A stretch of DNA of 64,000 nt. Source: a virus. Lineage: Duplodnaviria > Caudoviricetes. The DNA is taken from positions 28,537-92,536 of the IMG/VR virus record IMGVR_UViG_3300033072_001097; one strand, given 5' to 3'. Positions 19,638 through 29,218 of this stretch are shown one piece after another. The stretch's first letter is position 1; every line of letters starts with the position of its first letter. The notes under the pieces are model-generated. The model was given only the letters and a program-made list of their open reading frames with translations, searched no databases and was not told where the DNA came from. The position numbers and the translations under genes were made by a program.

Positions 19638-21437
19638 GTGGTAGACCAATCAGTTGTGGGGGCACCCATTGTCGATACAGCTCAATGGCTGAAAGATCTA
19701 CGTCAGGGCTTTTGGCGTGGTCAGTCTTTTGCGCATATTGACGAAACATTGCAGAAATTGTTGTTTGCGAAATTCTTCGCAGAAGATCGTGGTCTACAAT
19801 TCACTGCTGATAATTATATAAATATTTATGATGATGCTCGCGAAGATTATCACTCCATGACGAGCGTAGACATGGGTGGCTTACCTGAGTCTATGGTAGC
19901 CGAGCCATATAATTATCTAAACACAATTGAAATGATCGGGCAGGCACAAGTTTCTGCCGACCCCGGCATTTGGCATATCATTAATAATCTATGGACTGAA
20001 CGTAGTCTACGCAAAGAGGATGGCCAATATTTTACCCCATATGCTATCAAGCGGTTTATGTGCGAGATATACCCTCCAACCGTAGACACCAAAATTTGTG
20101 ATCCATGCGGTGGGAGTGGTGGATTTGTCATCATGGCGGCAGATATGCTGCCGCAGATTGAACCAGATAAATTTTACTATTACGATGCCGACGGCGAAAA
20201 AATCGTCAGAGTAGCCAAACGAGCATTCGTGACTTATAAACATCATACCACATTACAGAATCTTATTGGTATAAATATTGCTGTCCATAATTCACTGGAC
20301 GACGTATGGCACTGCAAAATGGATCGGATTTATACCAATGTTCCTTTTGGACATAAAGTAACTGCGGCCACCAGGAGTAAAAACGGGCAACGTCTGTTGT
20401 TGGGTTATGATGTTGGTAGAGAGAAATCCAGTGAATTATCACAATTATTGTTTATCGAGAAGTGTATCAATCAATTGGAAGACGGCGGTCTATTCGCCAC
20501 TGTAGTTGATAAAGGTATTGTTACTAATCATAAATATACCCGCGAACGAGCGATATTGGCTAAGAAAGCTGCTTTGGAATTAGTTGTAGAATTACCAGCG
20601 GCTGCTTTTGAACATTTTGCTGGGACCACATTTCCAACATTCTTGTTGTTCTTTCGGAAAGGTGTACCCACTTTCACCAGATATGAGAAGGTACAAAATA
20701 TTGGATATTCTGCAACCAGTTATAATATTGTCGATGAGAATGCCGGTCCTTTCGACTCTAGTCTAGAAGACGTGAATTATAACAATTGTGATTTATCCAC
20801 GATCGTGCAGCGTTGGCGGTCTAAACAATGGCCGAACCATCCGGATAGCGATCATGATTTCCCATACTCTACTACAGAATCTGGGAATTGGTTATGGGGG
20901 TATTGGAAATATGAGAGTGTTCAATCTCAACGATTGCGAGATGTAGCTCAATTGGTTACGGCTAAGTGGAGTGGTGAAAACGACCGCAATCCTACTGTTG
21001 ATCGCAAATATCGATATGTCAAAGAAACGCATTTAAAGCCGAAAGCGAAATCCAAGACTAGAGCACTTAAAGCCAATTGTTTATTGATGAGTCGGTTATT
21101 GTCTGGGAAGCAAACGCCCGCTTGTGGTGTAATTCCCGAAAAATATCACGATGCCGGATGTACAAATGAGAATTATATTATCAAAGCCGATGATACACAT
21201 TGGTTGGTAACGATTTGGTATCTGATAAACTTTGACAATTATTGTCATGAATATCTATGGTCGCACTGCCGTGGCCAGGGACGTGCCCGTATTATGGTGG
21301 ATGATTTGCTGGCTATGCCTATTCGTGAGTTGACTACCGAGGAGATGAGTCGGGCAAAAGATTTGATCGATAGTTTGAATAACAAAATGTGGATAGACGA
21401 AATTATAGAACAGAAATTTCATTGTATTAATAAATAA
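19638..21437 (+). CDS. N6-adenine DNA methyltransferase (type I HsdM-like) fused to a TRD-like domain
   Basis: GQYFTP, ICDPCGGSGGF (motif I), YTNVPFG (motif IV variant), LFIEKC, LEDGG; HsdS-like C-terminal region. Confidence 0.85.
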   Translation: MVDQSVVGAPIVDTAQWLKDLRQGFWRGQSFAHIDETLQKLLFAKFFAEDRGLQFTADNYINIYDDAREDYHSMTSVDMGGLPESMVAEPYNYLNTIEMIGQAQVSADPGIWHIINNLWTERSLRKEDGQYFTPYAIKRFMCEIYPPTVDTKICDPCGGSGGFVIMAADMLPQIEPDKFYYYDADGEKIVRVAKRAFVTYKHHTTLQNLIGINIAVHNSLDDVWHCKMDRIYTNVPFGHKVTAATRSKNGQRLLLGYDVGREKSSELSQLLFIEKCINQLEDGGLFATVVDKGIVTNHKYTRERAILAKKAALELVVELPAAAFEHFAGTTFPTFLLFFRKGVPTFTRYEKVQNIGYSATSYNIVDENAGPFDSSLEDVNYNNCDLSTIVQRWRSKQWPNHPDSDHDFPYSTTESGNWLWGYWKYESVQSQRLRDVAQLVTAKWSGENDRNPTVDRKYRYVKETHLKPKAKSKTRALKANCLLMSRLLSGKQTPACGVIPEKYHDAGCTNENYIIKADDTHWLVTIWYLINFDNYCHEYLWSHCRGQGRARIMVDDLLAMPIRELTTEEMSRAKDLIDSLNNKMWIDEIIEQKFHCINK

Positions 21438-21529
21438 TCATTTCTAATTTTCCATGTATTTCATAATACGAACTTACTATTTGATTCTTGTGTCTAAGAT
21501 ACGGTTAATCTAACAAATCGGAGGATATC

Positions 21530-22276
21530 ATGCCTAAGTTATGTCAAATCACTGCTCTACTGACTGGCAAGAAGACTGCCGCTGTCAAGGCTCTCACTGA
21601 CATTTACCATCGGTTCCAAAAGCCAGTGTTGTTCTATGGTCTCACCAAGCGATATCAGCCGTTGGATGAAGAGGGCGAGACTTTCCCGGACGAGCGGCAA
21701 AACGTTCAGCAGACTGCCCAAGGTTGCTTGGCGGAAATTAGGGAAGTATTGGTGAATGTGTTGGATTTGGTGGCGACTCAAGACAAGACCAATGCCGTCG
21801 CGAAAGCCGATGTGAAGGTCGATGGGCGTGCTATTTTAACGGAGGTGCCGGTGACGCATCTTCTGTTCTTGGAGAAACAATTGACCGATTTGCATACGGC
21901 TTTAAGTGCGCTTCCGATTCTGGAGCCGCAAGAGACGTGGGTCTATGACGCGAACGTGGCTTGCTACAAGTCCGAACCGACTGAAACCAACAAGACTAAG
22001 AAGATTCCTCGAACACATGTGAAGTACGAGGCAACTGAGCAACACCCGGCTCAAACTGAAATGTACCACGAAGACGTGGTGATTGGCCGATGGAAGGTTA
22101 TCAAGTTCAGTGCAGCACTTCCTTGGCAAGAAAAGCGGGAATTGTTGGCTCGTCTTGAAAAATTACGAGATAGCGTGAAGATAGCCCGCGAAGAGGCTAA
22201 TTCGATTGAAGCGGTGCTAGTAAATACTTTTGGAGATGCGATTTTCGACTACATCTTGTCTCCTGGGACACGATAG
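21530..22276 (+). CDS. Uncharacterised alpha-helical protein (248 aa) immediately upstream of tandem tRNA-like RNAs
   Basis: Strong GGAGGA RBS at 21520-21525; long amphipathic helices; no catalytic motif recognised. Confidence 0.85.
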   Translation: MPKLCQITALLTGKKTAAVKALTDIYHRFQKPVLFYGLTKRYQPLDEEGETFPDERQNVQQTAQGCLAEIREVLVNVLDLVATQDKTNAVAKADVKVDGRAILTEVPVTHLLFLEKQLTDLHTALSALPILEPQETWVYDANVACYKSEPTETNKTKKIPRTHVKYEATEQHPAQTEMYHEDVVIGRWKVIKFSAALPWQEKRELLARLEKLRDSVKIAREEANSIEAVLVNTFGDAIFDYILSPGTR

Positions 22277-22285
22277 TTAACAAAA

Positions 22286-22420
22286 GAGTGCAAGCTTAAT
22301 CTTAATTTCAAGCTTAAATAGGAAAAAGTGCAGGTTCGACTCCTGCCCCCGCCACTTTCAATTATGGCGGGGTAGCCCAAGTGGCAGAGGCAACCCTAAA
22401 TGAGACTTAGGCTATCACTC
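22286..22420 (+). ncRNA. Circularly permuted tRNA-like RNA module 1 (YrlA/Y-RNA-like architecture)
   Basis: T-arm GCAGG-TTCGACT-CCTGC (22330-22346). Acceptor-like hairpin CCCCGCCA/TGGCGGGG (22347-22372). TA then D-arm GCC-CAAGTGGCAGA-GGC (22375-22391). Closed by TAGG/CCTA, AGCTTAA/TTAGGCT and GAGTG/CACTC stems. Confidence 0.8.
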
Positions 22421-22440
22421 CAAGTTGACAACCTGGATGG

Positions 22441-22602
22441 TCAGTCGTCCAATCAAGGGCCAAGTTCAATAACCACGTAAATGCCAGTGCAATTCCGGCC
22501 CCCGCCTCTTGTGGGCAGAACTTATAAGGCGGGGTGGTCTAAAAGAACGACGATGTGGCGATAAACTAAAGCTTGGCTTAAACGGAAATAGTGGACGACT
22601 GG
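22441..22602 (+). ncRNA. Circularly permuted tRNA-like RNA module 2
   Basis: Outer stem CAGTCGTCCA/TGGACGACTG, then GGCCAAGT/GCTTGGCT and CCACGT/ATGTGG. T-like arm GCCAG-TGCAATT-CCGGC (22483-22499), acceptor hairpin CCCCGCCT/AGGCGGGG, then TG and D-like arm GTC-TAAAAGAAC-GAC. Confidence 0.72.
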
Positions 22603-22622
22603 TGATTATCACTAGTCCAACC

Positions 22623-22660
22623 GCCCCGGCCTTATGTGATAAAAAGGTCGGGGCACTTTT
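22623..22660 (+). terminator. Intrinsic terminator closing the protein plus RNA unit
   Basis: GCCCCGGCCTT/AAGGTCGGGGC stem followed by ACTTTTATTT. Confidence 0.75.
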
Positions 22661-22696
22661 ATTTCAGAATATATTATAGCGAAGAAAATTAGCAGA

Positions 22697-22939
22697 TTAT
22701 AATCGAATAGCCCCGGAACGTCGTTCCAACCCCAAATATTGCCTATGCCGTTGTTTCTTAGGAATCCCGGTAGGCATTAGGGTAGCACCGGCTGTACTAG
22801 CACTGGCATCATGACCAGTACTTGGGGTATAGTTGAAGGTGGTTTGCAGATTCGGTCGCATGAAGTATGGACCGTTGGATGCTAGGGCGGTCCTGAGCTG
22901 CTGCATCATCAGATTTTCGCTGATTTGTCGCAGTTTCAT
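22697..22939 (-). CDS. Small hypothetical protein
   Basis: 80 aa starting MKLRQISE; ATGA-coupled to the upstream gene. Confidence 0.6.
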   Translation of the reverse strand: MKLRQISENLMMQQLRTALASNGPYFMRPNLQTTFNYTPSTGHDASASTAGATLMPTGIPKKQRHRQYLGLERRSGAIRL

Positions 22940-23496
22940 ACTTGTCGGTTTTTAGTGTTTTCGTCTTCGCTGGGGGTTCGGCTGGGGCTGGCATTGCCTT
23001 TATCCCATTCGACATTAGCTTCAGTCGGCCAGCCTTCGACTTCTTCTATTTTGAAGTCCAGAGGTTGTTCTGGCTGGCTCATCTCTTTAATTTCATCTAA
23101 CTCTGGGTGGAAGCCGAAGTCTTTTTCCGACCACTCTTTCTGTTCTTCTTTGAGTTCTTGAATGATGGTCGGTATCCAACCGGTGGCTTTTCCCCGCTCT
23201 TCCTTTGGTATTCCTTGAGCCACCATTTCTTTTTCCATGGCGGTCTTGAAGGACGGGTCATCCAGATATTTGTAACTGTGTACTTTGCGGAATGCTTGGC
23301 ATATACCATCAGCATGCACTAGATCAGATGCTCGCAAAGCGAACATTTCATCGATTTGATTATGTAGATATTCGTAGCCACGTTCGGCTGATTGTTGAGT
23401 ATCATCCTTATGGATGGACAATCCTAACATGGCGTCTTGCCCGAGCATGCTATTGATTGCCTCGAGCAGTAACTGTTCTTTTTTATCGAGTGGCAT
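22936..23496 (-). CDS. Hypothetical acidic protein
   Basis: GGAGGA RBS before ATG 23496 (MPLDKKEQ). Confidence 0.7.
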   Translation of the reverse strand: MPLDKKEQLLLEAINSMLGQDAMLGLSIHKDDTQQSAERGYEYLHNQIDEMFALRASDLVHADGICQAFRKVHSYKYLDDPSFKTAMEKEMVAQGIPKEERGKATGWIPTIIQELKEEQKEWSEKDFGFHPELDEIKEMSQPEQPLDFKIEEVEGWPTEANVEWDKGNASPSRTPSEDENTKNRQV

Positions 23497-23535
23497 AATA
23501 ATCCTCCGATTATTTCTTAAATTAAATTTGAGCGA

Positions 23536-23817
23536 ATGGACAAACAAATTAAAATATCTCGGTTCGATCAAGTTCGATTATTATCTACTAAGAATATCAA
23601 GTATTTATCAGCACCACCTGGCACACAAATATCCCCGCAGGGCATTTGGTCGGTGGCTGCTGTCGTCGGCGAAGAATTGTTGTTGGTAAAGAATAATGTT
23701 GTTATCAAAACACCAATCTCGGATGTGTTAAGAATAGCTAGTTACGACATTTCACGTATACTAGGTCGGTTAGGGAGGTTATCACGTGGCAAAGAAACCG
23801 GAAAAAGTGAAAGCTGA
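23536..23817 (+). CDS. Hypothetical protein
   Basis: 93-aa ORF overlapping the recA start. Confidence 0.6.
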   Translation: MDKQIKISRFDQVRLLSTKNIKYLSAPPGTQISPQGIWSVAAVVGEELLLVKNNVVIKTPISDVLRIASYDISRILGRLGRLSRGKETGKSES

Positions 23818-24898
23818 TGTACCAAATAATATCAAAGATCTGCTAGATTATATGGACACCAAATTTGGGGCCGGTGCCGTCATTAAGGGTCGGCATGCCA
23901 TTATTGACGTAGACGCCTTCCCTACTGGGATCATCACCATTGATAGAGCCTTCGGGTGTGGTGGAGTCCCACTCGGTAGAATAATGGAATTATATGGAGC
24001 AGAGAGCAGCGGTAAAACCACTACGACATTGCGATTCATAGCTGCTTGCCAAAAGCACTTTTTCACCAAAAAAGATCGCTATGGAGTGGCGGCATTCGTA
24101 GATGCTGAGCATGCTCTTGACCCTGAGTGGGCGAGTAAAAATGGTGTCGATATGGAAGAATTAATCATATCACAACCGGATAGCGGTGAAGATGCTTTGA
24201 ATATTGTGGAAGCATTCCTCAGATCCAACCAAGTGGATTTGATCATCGTTGATTCGGTAGCCGCCCTTGTGCCGAAGGCTGAATTGGAGGGGGAAGTCGG
24301 CGATCATCATGTGGGTGCTCAGGCCAGAATGATGAGTCAAGGTTTGCGGAAACTGAAGGGGGTGGCTTCTCACGCCGGGGCGACGGTGGTTTTCATCAAT
24401 CAGGTACGCGAGAAAGTTGGCGTCGTTTTTGGGAATCCAGAAGTGACTCCTGGTGGGCGTGCTCTGAAATATTACGCGACAGTCCGGGCAGAAGTATCGC
24501 GTACTGGCGTCATTAAGCACAATGATGATTCCATAGGCATCAACACCAAGATCAAAATGGTTAAGAACAAGGCTGCTGCACCTTTCGCGATTGGTGAATA
24601 TGATATTTGTTTCGGTAAGTCTGCTCGTCCTGTTTTCGGTATTGATCCTATTTCTGCGATGACGATAGTTGCCGAAGAACTTAAGATATTATCTAAGAAA
24701 GGTAGTTTTTATCGTTTCGGGGATGTGTCTCTCGGAAATGGTGCGACCAATGTCGCGAATTTTTTGCGAGAAAATCCTGAAATCTATAGTCAGATTGAGC
24801 AACAAACCTATAGTAGCGTTTTTCACTGTAATGCTGCGAGAGTCGAAGACGCTTCCAGGGGTGTCGACGATATATTAGAAGAATTGGACGAAGAATAA
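23786..24898 (+). CDS. recA: Recombinase RecA
   Basis: GRIMELYGAESSGKTT, AFVDAEHALDP, SQPDSGE, IIVDSVAALVP, QARMMSQGLRKL, FINQVR, TPGGRALKYY; GGGAGG RBS. Confidence 0.97.
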   Translation: MAKKPEKVKADVPNNIKDLLDYMDTKFGAGAVIKGRHAIIDVDAFPTGIITIDRAFGCGGVPLGRIMELYGAESSGKTTTTLRFIAACQKHFFTKKDRYGVAAFVDAEHALDPEWASKNGVDMEELIISQPDSGEDALNIVEAFLRSNQVDLIIVDSVAALVPKAELEGEVGDHHVGAQARMMSQGLRKLKGVASHAGATVVFINQVREKVGVVFGNPEVTPGGRALKYYATVRAEVSRTGVIKHNDDSIGINTKIKMVKNKAAAPFAIGEYDICFGKSARPVFGIDPISAMTIVAEELKILSKKGSFYRFGDVSLGNGATNVANFLRENPEIYSQIEQQTYSSVFHCNAARVEDASRGVDDILEELDEE

Positions 24899-25225
24899 AT
24901 GAACGCTCCTAAATACGATATAGGTGCTGTTGTTTATCTCAAGGAATCCGCTGCGATGGGTTTCTTGGAGGCGGTAGTGATTAGCGGCATCACTCACAAC
25001 GGCTCCAAGTGGATGTATACTATTAGGGCTGGACGTGCTCAACCGACTGGTGTCGCCTATTACGGTGACCGTATAACTGCTGTTCATGCCAAGACGCTGT
25101 ATTTCACGGAAGACGAATTTGTCACACATTGTGATGCCTTAACGTTAGCAGAGGCTAATGCCCAACGTGCATTAGAACGCATACAATTACAAAGAGCCGG
25201 TTTGTGTCCGGATACTACTGAATAA
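24899..25225 (+). CDS. Hypothetical protein
   Basis: 108 aa, coupled between recA and the helicase. Confidence 0.65.
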   Translation: MNAPKYDIGAVVYLKESAAMGFLEAVVISGITHNGSKWMYTIRAGRAQPTGVAYYGDRITAVHAKTLYFTEDEFVTHCDALTLAEANAQRALERIQLQRAGLCPDTTE

Positions 25226-26562
25226 TGGCTACTGACACTCTTGCAAAACTTGCCGAAGACGATGATCAACCACACCGCCCATTTGGCCCATATGAAGAAG
25301 AAGCGATAGTCTCTCTCGCTTTAGATCACCCAGAATTTTTCACCGGCGTTGGTCGGTTCATGAAACCAACCATGTTCAACCGGTTGGAGTGCCAATGGGT
25401 GATGGCGGAAATTCTCAATAGCTATGAGAAATATGGGGTGGTTCCTACTCGCCCCATGCTCAAGGATCGCTTATATCACTCTTTTACAGAGGACGATCCT
25501 TATGAACCAGTCATTGCTTTGGTGGAACGCCCATCAAATCCGCGAGAAATCCCGCTGGTCAAGGATACCATGCTCAGATGGGCTAAAGATCGAGCATATG
25601 GATTGATATATAGCGAGGAGGCACAAGAAGCATATACTCGTGGAGATTACGAACATCTTGAAGATCTGGTCAAGCAGGCCAATCGTATCGCCGATGTGGG
25701 GCAGAAAGGCTTCTGGTTCTTCGAAAATTATGAAGTCCTTTTTGAACCAGACATTATGGAGCATCGGACTACTGGTTTTGCTAAATTAGACAGGATGTTG
25801 AATAACGGTGGTCCATCGCCGAAAGAGGTGGTGTGTTGGCTAGCCGGGACGAATGTGGGTAAATCGATCTTACTATGTAATAACGCTATTTCGTCGCTAC
25901 AGGGCATTGGTCCGGATGGAACGCCTGGACAAAATGTTTTGTTGATTACCTTTGAACTAGACACACTTAAAACTGCTATGCGATGTCTGGGTACTGCTAC
26001 TGACATCCCTATGAATAATATTGTCGAGCATCAAGATTTTGTACGCCGCATCATTAGCAAGATGCAGAAGACGTATAACAAGCGATTTGCTATCTATGAG
26101 TGGGCTCCCGAAGAATGCAGTGTGTCTGATATCTATGCATTATTGGATAATCTATATAGAGTCCATTCGTTCAAGCCGGATGTGATTATTATTGATTATA
26201 TGGATTTGATGATTAGTCGCAATAATGCGTATAATAAGGATGATTATATTCGACAAAAACATATAGCTGCAGAGCTACGTGGTTTAGCAAAAAATGAAAA
26301 TGTTCTTCTTTTTACAGCCACGCAGACGAACAGGTCTGGTTCTAGTGGAGAAGAACTGGCGGATATGAACAAGGTTGCAGAGAGCTTTGGTAAACAGTTC
26401 GCTCTGGATTATGTTATTAGTCTCAACCAAAGCAAATCACAACGTTGTGCTGAACCACCACGAATCACGATGTATATAGCTAAGAACAGAAATGGTCCAC
26501 GTGCAGAACGTGTTGAATGTACAATAAATTATAACACCATGGTGGTTCGGGAGGAGATATGA
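25225..26562 (+). CDS. Replicative helicase, DnaB/T4 gp41-like (SF4)
   Basis: TTGFAKLD, AGTNVGKS (Walker A), ITFEL, IIIDYMDL, TATQTNR, AESFGK, KNRNG. Confidence 0.9.
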   Translation: MATDTLAKLAEDDDQPHRPFGPYEEEAIVSLALDHPEFFTGVGRFMKPTMFNRLECQWVMAEILNSYEKYGVVPTRPMLKDRLYHSFTEDDPYEPVIALVERPSNPREIPLVKDTMLRWAKDRAYGLIYSEEAQEAYTRGDYEHLEDLVKQANRIADVGQKGFWFFENYEVLFEPDIMEHRTTGFAKLDRMLNNGGPSPKEVVCWLAGTNVGKSILLCNNAISSLQGIGPDGTPGQNVLLITFELDTLKTAMRCLGTATDIPMNNIVEHQDFVRRIISKMQKTYNKRFAIYEWAPEECSVSDIYALLDNLYRVHSFKPDVIIIDYMDLMISRNNAYNKDDYIRQKHIAAELRGLAKNENVLLFTATQTNRSGSSGEELADMNKVAESFGKQFALDYVISLNQSKSQRCAEPPRITMYIAKNRNGPRAERVECTINYNTMVVREEI

Positions 26563-26765
26563 AACTCCGCATTGTTATTGATGTCGAAGTATCTGATACG
26601 ATCGCCGAAACAATGCAAAGGACAGGTTTTCTAATCGAGCCAGATGGTTCGGCCATGAAAATCAAAATCCCCAACACACCAACCATCCCAAAACGTAAAA
26701 CCAAAGTCACATTTCTAAAAGACCATCAACCTAGTGCGGATGAAGCGATAACAGCAAGTAAATAG
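26559..26765 (+). CDS. Small hypothetical protein
   Basis: GGAGGAG RBS; ATGA overlap with the helicase stop. Confidence 0.6.
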   Translation: MKLRIVIDVEVSDTIAETMQRTGFLIEPDGSAMKIKIPNTPTIPKRKTKVTFLKDHQPSADEAITASK

Positions 26766-26797
26766 TCGCATCTCCCCATTTGTAGAAAAGGATAATC

Positions 26798-27232
26798 ATG
26801 GCTATACCCAAAACCGCCAAGTTGTCAGAAGCAGACAAGCAGATTGCTGAAATGAAGGCCCCTTCTGTGTTATTAGATGCAGGCAGTGAAGATACAGGGC
26901 CAGTACAAATCCGCGTCATTCAGTGTCTAAACGATTTTGTGGCTATTCTCCAAACCACTACCAAATCGAACATTGCTATTCCAGACGCTTCTAAATACAA
27001 GAACGAAGGAATCGTGGTTGGTGTTGGCCCAGGTGTAAGTGATGGAGCAGGAGGACGGCTGCCACTTTCTGTTGCTGTAGGCGATGTGGTATTATTCGGT
27101 GAGAAAAATATCATTGCCGTCTTAGAATCCGACAGTCCGCCTTATGTCGGCAAGCGTGTTATCATCGTGTCAGAACGTAATATTATTTGCAAACTGCCGC
27201 GCAAAGTCGAGTTCGAATATGCCGAGGTATAA
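26798..27232 (+). CDS. groES: Co-chaperonin GroES-like protein
   Basis: IQCLNDFV, SNIAIPD, GIVVGVGPG, VAVGDVVLF, IIVSERNII. Confidence 0.85.
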   Translation: MAIPKTAKLSEADKQIAEMKAPSVLLDAGSEDTGPVQIRVIQCLNDFVAILQTTTKSNIAIPDASKYKNEGIVVGVGPGVSDGAGGRLPLSVAVGDVVLFGEKNIIAVLESDSPPYVGKRVIIVSERNIICKLPRKVEFEYAEV

Positions 27233-27671
27233 TTATATCTGCAATAAGTGCGAGAAAAAGGCACGCAAGCAGTTCGGCGATGATATTACGCAAGAGCAAT
27301 TCGAACAACATGTGTTGTTCGAAACCTCGCATAGTATGGAGCCCACCCCCGACGAATTAGCAGAAGCCGCCAAATGTCCGCGTTGCAATAGTCACGATTG
27401 TGCTATAACTGTTTACGGATCGGACGTAGTCAGTTTCATCAAAGGCTACGGTTGGGCTGATAGAGATGGTGCACGCCGGGATATGAATATGTTCCATCTA
27501 ACCGAAGACGACCCATATGCTAAATATCGGGTACCCGGCGAGGTAGATGATATGAAATCTAAGCTTAGACGGGCTGGCAGGCATGGGTCTGCACCTAAAA
27601 AACATTTTGTGCAAAATACCAAAGAAATACAAAAGGCCGTGGAGAAGGTTACACGTTCCAAGCCTGAATGA
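27219..27671 (+). CDS. FmdB-type zinc-ribbon protein
   Basis: MPRYNYICNKC...CPRC...FIKGYGW. Confidence 0.75.
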   Translation: MPRYNYICNKCEKKARKQFGDDITQEQFEQHVLFETSHSMEPTPDELAEAAKCPRCNSHDCAITVYGSDVVSFIKGYGWADRDGARRDMNMFHLTEDDPYAKYRVPGEVDDMKSKLRRAGRHGSAPKKHFVQNTKEIQKAVEKVTRSKPE

Positions 27672-27726
27672 ATTCACTCGCGTCCCTGTCATGTTTCAGT
27701 GTATTAGGCGGGCCGAGGCATGATAG

Positions 27727-29049
27727 ATGCGAGCGATATATCTCTACACATTATTGGATAAGAGGACGCACAAACCGTCTTGTGTTGGTATACAAATAGG
27801 TTCCGAAATAGTAATTAAAGAATTATATCGCCCAGGTGCTGGCAAACTTTTGGCTGATATTTTAGGATCTATCAAATACGTCCAAGATATTATTATTAGA
27901 GCCAATGATCGCAATATTCCGATTGTAACATCTGATTTCAAGGCTCAACTCAAAGCTCTTGATTTGCCGCTCTTACAGCAACCATATTCCGTATATGACT
28001 TGCATTTTCCTGTCTTCGATTCTACGGGCTTTGCCGATAGAGATGAGATGATATTGCGGCGGATTTTAGAGAAGATGACCAAACAGACACCGCGTGAGTA
28101 CCAAAAGATTCTTGCGAATGCCGCTGTCGTATATGAAGATCTGGAACGAACCGGCTTGGTGTTCAATTATCAGCATGTGGAGCCGATTTATTCACAACAT
28201 ACCTATTCTGGCCGTAGTAAAACGACCAAATTCAACATACAAGGGTTAGCTGATCAGGTGTATATATGGCCAGCAAGTTGTAAAGATAGTTATATTTTAT
28301 TACATTTCGATTGGATCTGTGCGGATATTCGAGCTGCCGCTTTGTTATCCGGTGATCAAAAACTGACAGACACATTTACGTCATCAGATCCATATACGCA
28401 GATGATGCACGAAATAAATGCTAATGCTTCTTCCACGATGACTCGAGAAGAATGCAAGCGATTTTTGTTGAAATCTATTAATTCTATGGACTGCCAAAGT
28501 GAACCGTTGACTGATATTTATCCTAAGCTTGGTCGGTGGATTCGTGGTTGTCGCAAAACGCTGAATGATGGTGGGTTTTTGGAGACAGTTCTTGGTCGAA
28601 AATTCAGGCCAATGCAAGCCAAGAATAATTTGGCGGCACTTAATGGTGCAATGCAAGGATCTGTTGCACATGCCATGCAATTAGTAATCCGAAAAATTTG
28701 GGAAAAATTGGGTGCCAAGCTCGTTACTGAAATTCATGATTCTTTGGTTGTGTCGTGTGCTCCTAATCCGATACACGTAGATTATGTGATAAATACCGTT
28801 GCTGAAATCATGCTACGACCATTTACAGGCGTTTTAGATGATGATCCTGTATTTCCTGTTAACGTAAGCATGGGGCGTAAATGGAAGAAATGGAAATTGT
28901 GTCGTACGTATAGAGAAAGCGGAGTTACTCGTTGTGTCCAAAAACTCACCGAAGAAGACTGCACGACGCAGAAAGCGGGAATTGAAGAAGCAACGGAAGG
29001 TGCAAATATCCCGGATCAAGGAAATATTGAAGACGCGACAGCAAGTTGA
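27727..29049 (+). CDS. Minimal family A DNA polymerase-like protein
   Basis: TYSGR..NIQ, motif A HFDWICADIRAAALLSGD, motif B REECK, ETVLGR, NGAMQGSVAH, motif C VTEIHDSLV. Confidence 0.8.
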   Translation: MRAIYLYTLLDKRTHKPSCVGIQIGSEIVIKELYRPGAGKLLADILGSIKYVQDIIIRANDRNIPIVTSDFKAQLKALDLPLLQQPYSVYDLHFPVFDSTGFADRDEMILRRILEKMTKQTPREYQKILANAAVVYEDLERTGLVFNYQHVEPIYSQHTYSGRSKTTKFNIQGLADQVYIWPASCKDSYILLHFDWICADIRAAALLSGDQKLTDTFTSSDPYTQMMHEINANASSTMTREECKRFLLKSINSMDCQSEPLTDIYPKLGRWIRGCRKTLNDGGFLETVLGRKFRPMQAKNNLAALNGAMQGSVAHAMQLVIRKIWEKLGAKLVTEIHDSLVVSCAPNPIHVDYVINTVAEIMLRPFTGVLDDDPVFPVNVSMGRKWKKWKLCRTYRESGVTRCVQKLTEEDCTTQKAGIEEATEGANIPDQGNIEDATAS

Positions 29050-29218
29050 TAAAGCAATAACTTCGCAACGCCTGGAAAAGTCGTTCGACACAAAGTCGTG
29101 GACGATGTTACGGCCATCAGATAATATCATGTTAGAAAAAGCAAATGATAGTGTATTAAATAAAAGTCGAGAATTCGATCCGAGCAAATGGCGACCAGTA
29201 AATGAACAAAATACCTGA
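28934..29218 (+). CDS. Basic hypothetical protein
   Basis: GGAG RBS at 28921; Lys/Arg-rich N-terminus; overlaps the tail of the PolA ORF. Confidence 0.55.
   Translation: MSKNSPKKTARRRKRELKKQRKVQISRIKEILKTRQQVDKAITSQRLEKSFDTKSWTMLRPSDNIMLEKANDSVLNKSREFDPSKWRPVNEQNT

Noticed and set aside
19638-21437. Complete restriction-modification system
   Set aside because: No HsdR or restriction nuclease domain in or near the gene.
22330-22392. Canonical tRNA gene
   Set aside because: The T-arm and 3' acceptor strand precede the 5' strand and D-arm, and there is no anticodon loop, so it is reported as a permuted tRNA-like RNA.
22286-22602. Two-piece (permuted) tmRNA
   Set aside because: Two short self-contained modules, no G3-U70 alanine identity pair in the acceptor stems, and no evident tag reading frame.
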